NCBI GenBank assembly: GCA_965243025.1
Contig: CBDETY010000003.1
Coordinates: 2,016,001 to 2,080,000 of the forward strand
Length of the DNA stretch: 64,000 bases
Reading direction: 5' to 3'
DNA from: Candidatus Latescibacterota bacterium
Lineage (GTDB): Bacteria > Latescibacterota > UBA2968 > UBA8231
Shown piece after piece: positions 46,315 to 56,261 of this stretch; within the stretch, counting starts at the first letter, position 1, and every line of letters begins with the position of its first letter. Below the pieces are notes generated by a model, which was not told the origin of the DNA, did not search any database, and saw only the letters and a list, made by a program, of their open reading frames with translations. Position numbers and translations under genes: made by a program.

Positions 46315-47196
46315 ATGACCGAACACGCCAACACCTCGCACTCGATCACCGATGAAACGGTGGAGATGTCGACCGACGAGAAGTACCTCTTCGACCTGAC
46401 CGGGTTCCTGATCGTGCGTGACGTGCTGAGCCCGGAGCACCTGAAGCTCGCCAACGAGGCGATCGATTCCATGGAGCTCAACCCGAGCCCGGAGTACTTC
46501 GGCGATTCAGCGGCCCTGAAGGGGGAGAACAGCTCGACCCGCCTCGGCAACAGCGAGGGCCTGATGGAGCTGCCCCATCCGTACTGCGAGCCCTTCCGGG
46601 AGATGCTGGCGCACCCGAAAACCATCCCCCACCTCAACACCATCCTCGGGGAGGGCTGGCGCCTCGACCACGGCCCCGGCCTGATCGCCATGGACAAGGG
46701 ATGCTCCGGGGGCATGCTGCACGGCAACTTCGACAACGCCCCCTATTTCTACCGCGAGGGCAGGATCTTCACCGGGCTCTGCGTCATCGAGTACCTGCTC
46801 GCCGACGAAGGCCCCGGCGACGGCGGCGTCTGCGTCGTTCCCGGCAGCCACAAGGCGAACCTCGCCTGTCCGGCGAAGATGCGGAGGTGGGAGCAGTACC
46901 GTGAATTCGTCACCGAGATCAACGCCAGGGCCGGCGACGCCGTCATTTTCAGCGAGGCGTGCACCCACGGCACCCTCCCGTGGAACGCCGACCACCAGCG
47001 CCGGGCCATCCTCTACAAATACAACACCGGCCACATGTCCTGGGGCGGAGGCGGACTTCGCGGGCGGCGTCCTGATTTCTGGGACGAGCTCACCCCGCCC
47101 CAGCAGGCGGCTCTGCTGCTGCCCTCCCACCATTCCCGCAGGCCCAAGGCGAGCAACGGGTACGAGGGGCTCGCCGAGGTGGAGGACTCGGTCTGA
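46315..47196 (+). CDS. PhyH family dioxygenase with atypical H-G-N iron motif
   Basis: YLFDLTGFL, MLHGN, VVPGSHK and FSEACTHGT motifs. Confidence 0.85.
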   Translation: MTEHANTSHSITDETVEMSTDEKYLFDLTGFLIVRDVLSPEHLKLANEAIDSMELNPSPEYFGDSAALKGENSSTRLGNSEGLMELPHPYCEPFREMLAHPKTIPHLNTILGEGWRLDHGPGLIAMDKGCSGGMLHGNFDNAPYFYREGRIFTGLCVIEYLLADEGPGDGGVCVVPGSHKANLACPAKMRRWEQYREFVTEINARAGDAVIFSEACTHGTLPWNADHQRRAILYKYNTGHMSWGGGGLRGRRPDFWDELTPPQQAALLLPSHHSRRPKASNGYEGLAEVEDSV

Positions 47197-47214
47197 GAAT
47201 ACCGCCGTCCGCCG

Positions 47215-49724
47215 TCAGCGGATCAGGGCCATCCGCCCCGCCGCGGTGAAGTCCGCCCCGGCGGCGAGCCGGTACAGGTAGACCCCGCTGGCGACCGGGC
47301 GGCCCTCCCCGTCGAGGCCGTTCCAGGAGCTGCGGTGGTGACCGGCGGCCAGGCCCTCCCCCCGTGCAGTTCGCGAACCATGCGTCCGAGCAGGTCGTGG
47401 ACAACCAGGCGCACCGGCAGGGTTTCGGGCAGGTCGAAGGCGATGGTCGTGGAGGCGTTGAACGGGTTGGGCCAGTTTGCGTGCAACCGGAACGCCCCGG
47501 GCGTTTCCGCGGCCCGGTCGAGGACCGCGCTCGCGACCCGGTTCGGGGCTCCCGGCGTAGGATTGCTCACGGTCTGAAACTCCCCGGTGACGTCGGGGAT
47601 GCGCGCCCAGCTGGTTCCCTCGTCCGCCTCTCCCCTTTCCCAGTCGACCTCGGCCACCAGCAGACCGCCGGCGGTCCAGATGCCGAGCTCTTCGTCGCGG
47701 CCGAGGGCAAAGCCCGGCCACCCGTCCTTGTCGAGCTCGACCTGGAGGTAGGCACCCGCCTCGATGACCGTGCCCTCCGGGAAAGGGGTGCGCTTCCCGG
47801 CGTCGGTCAGATCGTCGGCCATGAGGAAGTCGGCGAGATCCATCGGCTCATCGGAGGCATTGTATAGCTCGAACCAGTCCAGGGGATCTCCCTGGGCGGC
47901 GACCTCGTTGACGATCAGCCCGATCCGCGCCCCGATTTCCCCGGCGCCCTCCTCGGTGTAAGCGCCGCCCCGGAAGTCCACGAAGTTGCCGTGGAACAGG
48001 CCGGAAACCCTGTCCCCGGAATCGGTGCCGGCCTCGTCCAGCTCGATCCTTCCCGTGGCGATCAGGTCCCACTGGTTCGGGGGTGAATCCGCTGACGGCA
48101 ACACCACGCGGAAGCCGCGGACCGATTCCAGGTCGATGGGCAGGCTGGCGCCGCTTTTCATCCGGTCGATCGGCAGCGAAACGGTCAGGATGTCTATGGA
48201 AAAATCCTCCCCGAGGCTGACGATGGTTACCGACGCCCTGTCCCTGTCGACGCGTCCTTCCTCCTCGGCGAGGCCGGAAACGACTCCCGAGCCCAGGAAG
48301 CTCTGCTGCTCCCCCTCCAGCTGGTAATGGATGAACGAGACCTTCCCTTCCTCCAGGGGATTCTCGCTCTCGGCCGATCCCCATGTGGTCTCGAAGCGCA
48401 GCTCGAACGCCCCTTTCTCCGGCCAGCAGAAGGGCTCGGTCAGGGGCCAGGGCCAGGTGGGCGGCTGCGGATCGAGATCGGCCAGAACCGCGGCCCGCCG
48501 CCCGCGGATGAACCGGCGCACCCGTTCTGCATCCCTGGCGGCATCGGCCCGCCTTTCCGGCAGCGCGTGCCGCCTGACGATCCCCTCCATTTCGTCGGCG
48601 AGTCCGAGCAGCTCTTCCTCGTTCCAGACCGTGTCGAGCAGTTGCTTCAGGCGGGCGACGTAGTCCGCCCGCGTCGCCTCCTCGCGGTACAGACGGTGGG
48701 GGATGGCCCCGTGCGCCAGGACCGAAGCCGGCGACCTGAAATCGTCGAAAGGGACATCGGTCGTGGTGAAAACCTGGTCGGCGCCCCAGGGAATGAACTG
48801 GAAGGGACCGTCCGGCTCGCGGTAGACGAAGTAGTTGTTGCGGTTGCCGGCGTACCCGTCCCAGTGGCCGATCAGCACCTCGACGGCCCAGAAGGTGAGG
48901 AAGCGGTCGAGGTCGACTGCCTCGGCGAGTGCTTCCAGTCCGTCCGGGGATGGGTCCTGCAGCGCCGCGACGACCGCGTCGATGTCCGACCAGTCCCCTT
49001 CCTCCTCGTTGGTCTTCTTCTGGAAGGTGCCGCGCCAGTCCGGGCGGAAGTCGCTGATGGTCCCTTCGTACAGGTTGCCCCCTGGATCGGGGAAATTGCG
49101 CTCGAGAAAGGCGGCCTTGATGCTCTCGACGTTCGCGAACAGGCCCAGGTTTTCGCCGTTGACCGATACGGTGGCGAAGTTGCAGCGCGGCGCCGGCAGG
49201 CCGGCGGAAGCGAAGACGCGGTAGGCCATGCAGGTGTTGAGCATGGACGGGTCCTGCTGGGCGTTGTTGAGGGTCAGGCGCCTCACCGCGCCGCCGAGAA
49301 GCTGGCCGTCGACGAACCTGTCGAAGCGGACCTTGAGCGCCGGTTTCACTTCGCTCAGCGATCCGAGGAACCCCTTCTTGCGCACCCCGGCCCGGGTGTG
49401 GGTTTCCCCGTCCACGGTCACGGTCGCCTCGAACCAGGTGAAGATCTCGTCCGCCGGGCTGTCGAGGCAGTCGGCCCCGGCGAGCAGATCGAAGAGGGTC
49501 CGCGTCTGACCGCGCAGGCGGTCCCAGTCCCCGGGTTCCATCTCGATGCTCACGTCGAGCACGCGGTCGAGGGCGAACCAGGGATCCCTGGGATCGGAGG
49601 TGTCTGGCGGGGTCTGTCCGGACGACGGCCGGACCCCCAGTAGAAGCCCGGCTGCCAGCAGGTATCTCCACTTCCGGGTCGGGGGAACTTCCTTCAACCG
49701 GGCCCGCCCCCGGTTCCCGCTCAT
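47215..49724 (-). CDS. Secreted CotH-kinase family protein with lamin-tail domain and FlgD/T9SS-like C-terminal domain; frameshift in G6 run at 47358-47363
   Basis: CotH motifs GVRKKG and HWDGYAGNRNNY; LTD motifs IVNEV..DWFELYN and PTPGAPN; NWPNPFNAST, then WNGLDGEGRPVASGVYLYRL in another frame. Confidence 0.85.
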
Positions 49725-49800
49725 TGCGTGTCCGTTGTCCGCGCCAGTGCCGGCGCCCTGCAATCCGCGCAGCGGAGATTTCCGATCGATGCGGCGCCGC

Positions 49801-50889
49801 TCACAGCGGCATGTACGACAGGTCCAAGACCCTTTCGACGAGCCAGCCGAGCCCGAACAGCAGCACGATGACGGAGACCCCCTTGATGAAGGCGCCCCGG
49901 AAGGCGCTGCGGCCGATCCAGATGACGAGCGGCAGCAGCACGGCCACGATGGCGACCTGGCCGATCTCCACCCCGACGTTGAAGGCCAGCAGGGAGGCGA
50001 TCAGCTCCTGCGACTTCGTCGGCAGGCCCAGTTCGCGCAGCACGTTGGCGAACCCGAAGCCGTGGACGAGGCCGAAGAAAAAGGTCAGGCGCCAGCGGTG
50101 CGCGGGCCTGGGCTTCCACAGGTTCTCGGCGGCGACGTAGGCGATGCTGAAGGCGATGCCGGCCTCGACCAGCCTCCCCGGCAGGGAGACGACGTCGAGG
50201 GCCGCCAGGATCAGGGTGATGCTGTGGGCGACGGTAAAGGCGGTGACCACCTTGACCAGGGCCAGCGGCCGGCCGCCGATGGCGATCAGGGCCAGCAGGA
50301 ACATCAAGTGGTCGTACCCGAGGAAGATGTGCTCGATGCCGAGGACGGTGAAGTCGACGACGTGGTCGAGGAGGCCGGGATCGCGCAGCCGGAACTGGCG
50401 CTGCGGAGTCTCCGCGTGCAGCACCACCGCCTGTCCCGGCCGGTCCCCGGCCTGCAGCTTGACGAGGCAGCGGTGGTCGGGGGCGAAGCGGTCGAACAGG
50501 TCGAAACGGACCTCGAGGGTCTCCGGATCTTCCGGGAGCCGCCCCCGCAGGGGCACGTCGAGAAAGAGGTTTCCCTTGTCGTCGAGGCGCAGGCTCCCCT
50601 CGCCGGCGGACAGTTTCACCGGATCCCCTTCCGCGGTGATCTTCAGGGCCTGCTCGAGGAAAGTCTCGACCGTGTCGCTGCCGGCGAGCATCTCCAGCCG
50701 CCGCAGCATGCCGTCCCCGTCCGCGTCGAGATCGAAGGCGGCCATGAGGTCGGTCTCGTCGAAGGAGACCCTTGCCTCAAGGCTTCCGTCCCCGGCGATA
50801 TCCAGGTTGATGTAGCTGGTGTTGATCTTGTGGGCGGCGGCGCCGGCCGGGGGCAGGAGCAGGGCGAGGGCAACGGCCAGGCAGCGCAT
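49801..50889 (-). CDS. HupE/UreJ family protein
   Basis: Signal peptide ending AAAH; LGIEHIFLGYDHLMF, TAFTVAHSITL, FGLVHGFGFA and FNVGVEIGQ motifs. Confidence 0.9.
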   Translation of the reverse strand: MRCLAVALALLLPPAGAAAHKINTSYINLDIAGDGSLEARVSFDETDLMAAFDLDADGDGMLRRLEMLAGSDTVETFLEQALKITAEGDPVKLSAGEGSLRLDDKGNLFLDVPLRGRLPEDPETLEVRFDLFDRFAPDHRCLVKLQAGDRPGQAVVLHAETPQRQFRLRDPGLLDHVVDFTVLGIEHIFLGYDHLMFLLALIAIGGRPLALVKVVTAFTVAHSITLILAALDVVSLPGRLVEAGIAFSIAYVAAENLWKPRPAHRWRLTFFFGLVHGFGFANVLRELGLPTKSQELIASLLAFNVGVEIGQVAIVAVLLPLVIWIGRSAFRGAFIKGVSVIVLLFGLGWLVERVLDLSYMPL

Positions 50890-50893
50890 CAGG

Positions 50894-51352
50894 CTACTCC
50901 TCTCCATCGAAATACTCCGCTTCGGTCATGCGCCCCAGTTTTCCCGGGGGCCGTATCAGCCACTTGTCGGAATCGGGATAGTATACGGGGTCGCTCACCG
51001 GATTGTCGGCGATCACGTAGTAGACGAGATCCTCGGTCTCGCTGGGGTTGCGGATCTGGTGGGCGGTGCCTGGGGGCTGCACGAAGGCGTCCCCTTGGCC
51101 TACCTCGAAGGTGCGGTCGTTGCGGCGCACGATCCCCCGGCCGCTGACCACGAGGTAGAACTCCCACTGCACCTGGTGGGCGTGGCAGGGGAAGTTGGTT
51201 TTTCCCGGCGGCAGCCGGACCCATTCGACCTCGAACGGCTGTCCCTCGGTCTCCAGGGCGCCTGAGACATCCTTTTCCGAGGCCCCATACTTGCCCGAAG
51301 GGGACTGGATGGATTCCTCCGCCAGCTCGGACACGTTGACTTTCTCGATCAT
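50894..51352 (-). CDS. Cupin domain protein
   Basis: ATG at 51352 after GAGG; PCHAHQVQWEFYLV, AHQIRN and YYPDSDK motifs. Confidence 0.88.
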   Translation of the reverse strand: MIEKVNVSELAEESIQSPSGKYGASEKDVSGALETEGQPFEVEWVRLPPGKTNFPCHAHQVQWEFYLVVSGRGIVRRNDRTFEVGQGDAFVQPPGTAHQIRNPSETEDLVYYVIADNPVSDPVYYPDSDKWLIRPPGKLGRMTEAEYFDGEE

Positions 51353-51452
51353 GGTCTCACCTCTTGCTGATCCGTTTCTGGAATTGCCGGTGCTGTTTCG
51401 CGCCGCCTCATGAGCGGCGTGTGGCGGAACGGTCCGCGGACCCGAGACGAAG

Positions 51453-51501
51453 CGCTGCGGCCTCTCGCTGCGGCCTCTCGCTGCGGCCTCTCGCTGCGGC
51501 C
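51453..51501. repeat. 13-bp tandem repeat CGCTGCGGCCTCT, about 3.8 copies, intergenic
   Basis: Exact units at 51453, 51466 and 51479, partial at 51492. Confidence 0.9.
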
Positions 51502-51561
51502 CCCCGCGAGCCAAACGCCATGAGCTGATTGTACCTCCGCCGCCCGGGCTTTGTGCCCGCG

Positions 51562-52752
51562 CTAGTCGAAGAATCCGGCGTCCTCTTCCGACAGGTGCCG
51601 CTTCGCCTCCTCGACGACGAACTCCACCCCCATCCCCGGGGTGTCCCACACGTCGATGTGCCCTTCGACGACGATCGGGTCCGGCAGCCCGTCGACCATG
51701 TCGAGCCAGGACTTCTCGTACCCCCCCGGCATCTCGAAGGCGATGTAGTTCCGCGGCAGGGTGGCGGCGAGATGCACGTGAGCCGCCAGTCCGAACAGCC
51801 CGTCGATCACCCCGTGCGGGGCCATCAGGATGCCGTGGAGGTCGGCGTACTCGGCGATCCACTTGGTTTCGGCTATGCCGCCGACGTCGGCCGGGTCCGG
51901 GCCCACGACGTTCACCGCCTGCTTTTCGAACAGCTCCTTGAAGTGCTGCCGCAGGTAGATCTGCTCCCCTGTGTGAATCGGCGTCGAGGTGCTGCGGGTC
52001 ACCTCCCGGTAGAGGTCGGCGAGCACGTACGGGACGTAATCGCCGGTGATCATGTCCTCGAGCCACATCAGGTTCAGCGGCTCAACCGCCCGGGCCAGCC
52101 GTATCGAGTCGGGCACCGTCATTCCCGGACCGCAGTCGAGGGCGAGGCCGATCCCGTCCCCCAGCTCCTGCTTCATCGCCTCGGCGCAGGCGATCACGTG
52201 CTTCAGTCCGCGCTCGGTCAGCGGGCCCCGGTTGGCGTGCCAGCGGCCGCCCGAGGTCTCCCCGTAAAAGAAGCCGGGGACGTCGTTGGGCATGCCGCTG
52301 TGGAAGGAGACGCCCATCTTGCACAGGGTGAACCCCTCGGGCAGCTCCCTTATAGCGCGGGCCGCGGCGGCGTACTCCTCGGGGAGGGAGCTGGTCACCG
52401 GCACCGGGGCGCCGGTCAGGTAGACCCGCACGCGGTCGCGGATCTTGCCGCCGAGCAGCTTGTACACCGGAACCCCGGCGGCCTTTCCGGCGATGTCCCA
52501 GAGCGCCATCTCGATGGCGCTGACGGCGCTGCCCCAGGGCTTGAAGCCGCCGAGCCTGCGGATGCCGAGCATGACGCGCTCGACGTCGGTCGGGTCCATG
52601 CCGAGAACGAGGTCGCGGTAGAAGAGGACGTGGGGCTTGAGGTAGCGCTTGGATGATTCCACCTGCCCGGTCCCGACGATCCCCTCGTCGGTGAGGATGC
52701 GGATTATCGGATGGTCGCCGATGACGGCGCACCTCAGATCGACAATCTTCAT
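51562..52752 (-). CDS. Mandelate racemase/muconate lactonizing (enolase superfamily) enzyme
   Basis: SAIEMALWDIAGKAAGVPVYKLLGG, LALDC, WLED and HTGEQ motifs. Confidence 0.92.
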   Translation of the reverse strand: MKIVDLRCAVIGDHPIIRILTDEGIVGTGQVESSKRYLKPHVLFYRDLVLGMDPTDVERVMLGIRRLGGFKPWGSAVSAIEMALWDIAGKAAGVPVYKLLGGKIRDRVRVYLTGAPVPVTSSLPEEYAAAARAIRELPEGFTLCKMGVSFHSGMPNDVPGFFYGETSGGRWHANRGPLTERGLKHVIACAEAMKQELGDGIGLALDCGPGMTVPDSIRLARAVEPLNLMWLEDMITGDYVPYVLADLYREVTRSTSTPIHTGEQIYLRQHFKELFEKQAVNVVGPDPADVGGIAETKWIAEYADLHGILMAPHGVIDGLFGLAAHVHLAATLPRNYIAFEMPGGYEKSWLDMVDGLPDPIVVEGHIDVWDTPGMGVEFVVEEAKRHLSEEDAGFFD

Positions 52753-52985
52753 TGGGGTCTGTCCTTTACTGTGGTTGCTTTCCGGCGGTGCGCGGAGATT
52801 CGCCGGGGGTAATGCTGTCCCTTGTTGAAAATCGTTTCAGGATGTGAATTCGGAGCAGGGGCCTGCAGCCCGGAAGGAGTTATTGCCGGGGCGGCCCGGT
52901 ACGTTCCTGCGAAAGGGAAAAATATACCTGTCGTCAGAAATCGGCGATCATATAGCGGACCGCCGGTTCAGCATTCGAGGAGAAA

Positions 52986-54098
52986 ATGTACGACTTCATT
53001 GTCATCGGGGGCGGCGTCCTCGGCGCGGCCACCGCCTTTCATCTGGCCGGGGCCAGGGCCCGGGTGCTGCTGCTCGACCGCGAAGACGAGGGGCGCGCCA
53101 CGGCCGCCGGGGCCGGGATCGTCTCCCCGGCGACCTACCGCGGCGACTCCGACGCCTGGTACCGCTTCAGCCGCGCCGCGTACGCCCACCTTGCGGCACT
53201 GGTCCCCGAACTCGAGGCGGAAGGGGCCGGCACGGGGTTCGCCCGCTGCGGACTGCTGCTGGCGGCGGTATCCGACGACGAGTTCCCCCTTTTCGAGGCG
53301 GCCTCGCAGCTGATCCTTTCGCGACCGGGCGGGGGTTCTCCTGTTCGCGCCGTCGGGGCCGCGGAAGCAAGGGAGATGTTCCCTGCCCTCGCCGCATCGG
53401 CGCGGGCCCTGCACAACCCGGACGCCGCCCGCATCGACGGCCGGCTCCTGGCGCGCGCCCTGCTCGAGGCCGGAGAACGCCGCGGGCTCGAGCGCCGTTC
53501 CGGCTCGGCCGACAGCCTCTTCCTCGAAGGCAGCCGGGTCGCCGGCGTCCTGAGCGGTAACGAACGGATTTCCGCGGGCGCCGCGATCATCGCCGGCGGG
53601 GCCTGGTCCAGGCGCTTCTCCGACCAGCTCGGCATCGACATCCCGGTGGCCCCCCAGCGCGGCCAGATCATCCACCTCGACCTCGGGGGGACCGACACCT
53701 CCTCCTGGCCGATCGTCAGCGCCTTCCGCGACCATTACATGGTGCCCTGGCCGGACAGCCGGGTAGCCGTCGGCGCAACGCGGGAGACCGGCTCCGGCTT
53801 CAACCCGCAGGCGACCGCGGCCGGTATCGTCGAGGTGCTCTCCGAGGCCCTGCGCGTCGCCCCCGGCCTCGCCAACGCCTCGATCCGCGAGACCCGGGTC
53901 GGGCTGCGGCCGCTGTCGGCCGACGGCATGCCGGTCATGGGAGCGGTCCCGGGACGGGAGGGCCTCTACCTCAACACCGGCCACGGCGCCAGCGGCCTGC
54001 AGCTCGGCCCCTTCAGCGGGAGCGTCGTCGCCGACGCCGCCCTCGGCAACGAGCCGGGGTTCGACCTCTCCCCCTTCTCGGTGGAACGCTTCCTGTGA
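52986..54098 (+). CDS. FAD-dependent oxidoreductase, DAO/glycine oxidase family
   Basis: VIGGGVLG, ATAAGAGI, PQRGQ, GLRPLSADG and TGHGASG motifs. Confidence 0.9.
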   Translation: MYDFIVIGGGVLGAATAFHLAGARARVLLLDREDEGRATAAGAGIVSPATYRGDSDAWYRFSRAAYAHLAALVPELEAEGAGTGFARCGLLLAAVSDDEFPLFEAASQLILSRPGGGSPVRAVGAAEAREMFPALAASARALHNPDAARIDGRLLARALLEAGERRGLERRSGSADSLFLEGSRVAGVLSGNERISAGAAIIAGGAWSRRFSDQLGIDIPVAPQRGQIIHLDLGGTDTSSWPIVSAFRDHYMVPWPDSRVAVGATRETGSGFNPQATAAGIVEVLSEALRVAPGLANASIRETRVGLRPLSADGMPVMGAVPGREGLYLNTGHGASGLQLGPFSGSVVADAALGNEPGFDLSPFSVERFL

Positions 54099-55258
54099 CC
54101 GCCGCCCACGTTCAGGTTCGCGCCGTCACCTCCGGGCCGGGCTTCCACTGGTTCGGGTACTACGACAAGCTGCAGTTCGATCCGTCGGGGCGGTACCTCC
54201 TCGGCATGGCCGTCGACTTCGAGTCGCGGTCCCCGGAGCCGGAGGACGCAATCCGTCTCGGCGTCATCGACACCCTTGAAGGGGATTCCTGGCGCGAGGT
54301 CGGCGCGACCAAGGCATGGGGCTGGCAGCAGGGCTGCATGCTGCAGTGGATTCCCGGATCGGACCGCCGCATCGTCTGGAACGAGCGCGACGGGGAGCGG
54401 TTCGTGTCCCGCGTTTTCGACACCCGCTCGGGGGAATCGCGGACCCTGCCGGCCGCGGTCTACTGCCTTGCTCCCGGGGGCGACCTGGCGATCGGCACCG
54501 ACTTCCGCCGCATCAACCACATGCGCCCGGGATACGGGTACGCAGGCATCCCCGATCCGAACCGCGACCAGCTGGCCCCGGAGGACAGCGGCATCTACAC
54601 CGTCGACCTGGAAAGCGGGGAGTCGCGGCAGATCCTGTCGATCGCCGAAGTGGCCGCCCTACCCTACCCCCACGGCGACTATTCCGGGGCGAAGCATTAT
54701 TTCAACCACCTGCTGTTCAACCCCGACGGCACCCGCTTCGTCTTCCTGCACCGCTGGCGCGTCGGGGGCGGACGCCGGACCCGCATGCTGACCGCGGCGC
54801 CCGACGGCTCCGACCTGCACGTCGTCGACGATTTCGGGCAGGTGTCCCACTTCATCTGGCGCGACCCCGAAACCCTCCTCGCCTGGTCGCGGCGGCCGCA
54901 AACAGGGGAGGGGTTCCATCTCTACAGGGACCGCTCCCCGGAGGTGGAGCCGATCGCCAGGGAGCAGATGACGCTGGACGGCCACTGCACCTTCCTGGCC
55001 GACAGCGACTGGATCCTCAACGACTGCTACCCCCGGGGCGAATCGCGGTCGCAGGACCTCTACCTCTACCATGTCCCGACGGGCCTCCGGATCGAGCTCG
55101 GCAGCTTCCACTCCCCCGAGGAGTACACCGGGGAGTGGCGGTGCGACCTGCACCCGCGCTCGAGCCCGGACGGCCGCCTGGTCAGCATCGACTCGGCGCA
55201 CGGGGGCGACGGCCGGCAGATCTACCTGCTAGATGTCAGCGGGATCGTCGGGGCTTGA
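54095..55258 (+). CDS. Hypothetical beta-propeller protein (TolB/oligogalacturonate-lyase-like)
   Basis: GTGA overlap with the DAO gene; FGYYDK, WQQGCMLQW, FNPDG.RFVFLHRW and RCDLHPR.SPDG motifs. Confidence 0.65.
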   Translation: MTAAHVQVRAVTSGPGFHWFGYYDKLQFDPSGRYLLGMAVDFESRSPEPEDAIRLGVIDTLEGDSWREVGATKAWGWQQGCMLQWIPGSDRRIVWNERDGERFVSRVFDTRSGESRTLPAAVYCLAPGGDLAIGTDFRRINHMRPGYGYAGIPDPNRDQLAPEDSGIYTVDLESGESRQILSIAEVAALPYPHGDYSGAKHYFNHLLFNPDGTRFVFLHRWRVGGGRRTRMLTAAPDGSDLHVVDDFGQVSHFIWRDPETLLAWSRRPQTGEGFHLYRDRSPEVEPIAREQMTLDGHCTFLADSDWILNDCYPRGESRSQDLYLYHVPTGLRIELGSFHSPEEYTGEWRCDLHPRSSPDGRLVSIDSAHGGDGRQIYLLDVSGIVGA

Positions 55259-55281
55259 ACCCGTCGCGAAAGGGGAACCAA

Positions 55282-56229
55282 ATGAAATCAGGGATTCTGC
55301 TGTTTGCCGTGACGACCTTCGCCCTGTCGGCATCAGTGCTCGGACATCAGGGGGACAGGGTCTACCCCATTCCCGAGATAACCGAAGAGTCCAGGATCGA
55401 CCTCAAGGACGGATCGGTAGATGACTGGAGCGAGCTCCTCGGGGAGCCAACCTTCACGGCCCTCGACTTTACTGTTTTCGAATCGCATCGGCGGAATGCC
55501 GTCACGAAGGCATTCGATCCATCGGATCTGGATTTCAGGATCTGGCTCGGATGGGGGCGCAACCCGGCGCGCCTCTATGTTGCCGGCATCTTCAGCGACG
55601 ATATGTTCGCGGGTCCGGACTCGGAGTACCTGGGGCAGGCAATAGGTGGCCATCAGGACCACATGTACCTCAAGGTCGACGGAGACCATGATGCGGCTCC
55701 CAGGGCTGACTTTGGTGCTGGCGCCTCGGAAGTATGGGAACGGGATGCGCAATTGTACCACGCATTTTCTATCCCGGCCCACGGGCACCATGTATCGCTC
55801 CGGTGGCTGGAGTTGTTCTTCGAGGAAGACCACCCGTGGTGGAGCTACTCTCCGTACGCCGACGGCGGCGGCTCGGTTTCGGGTGAGAACCCCGTGTTCT
55901 GGGTCGTGGAGTTCTACGCCACTCCTTTCGATATGCTGATCAGGGATGAACCTGAACGCAGCCTGGTTTCGGAACTGTTTCCGGGGAAGACCATAGGGTT
56001 TCAGTTGGAAGTATGGGACTTCGATGATCCCGAACCCGTTCGGGACGATTATGTATCCGAAGGGTTGTACACCCTGGGAGACTATTCCGGCCTGACAGTT
56101 CGCGACGTGTTCGGGGATGCGGATACGTGGGCGGACGGCATCCTGATCGGAGAGCCGTCAACAGGCGGCCCCGGCTCCGTTGTGAAAGCGGATTCCTGGG
56201 CCAGGATCAAGGCATCGCTGCGGGACTGA
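55282..56229 (+). CDS. Secreted hypothetical protein with C-terminal SWARIKASL tail
   Basis: ATG at 55282; signal peptide; DFRIWLGW and VDGDH motifs; ends SVVKADSWARIKASLRD; paralog of 19847..20776. Confidence 0.75.
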   Translation: MKSGILLFAVTTFALSASVLGHQGDRVYPIPEITEESRIDLKDGSVDDWSELLGEPTFTALDFTVFESHRRNAVTKAFDPSDLDFRIWLGWGRNPARLYVAGIFSDDMFAGPDSEYLGQAIGGHQDHMYLKVDGDHDAAPRADFGAGASEVWERDAQLYHAFSIPAHGHHVSLRWLELFFEEDHPWWSYSPYADGGGSVSGENPVFWVVEFYATPFDMLIRDEPERSLVSELFPGKTIGFQLEVWDFDDPEPVRDDYVSEGLYTLGDYSGLTVRDVFGDADTWADGILIGEPSTGGPGSVVKADSWARIKASLRD

Positions 56230-56261
56230 GGAGAACTCAACCCCCACGAGCGTCCCGGACC

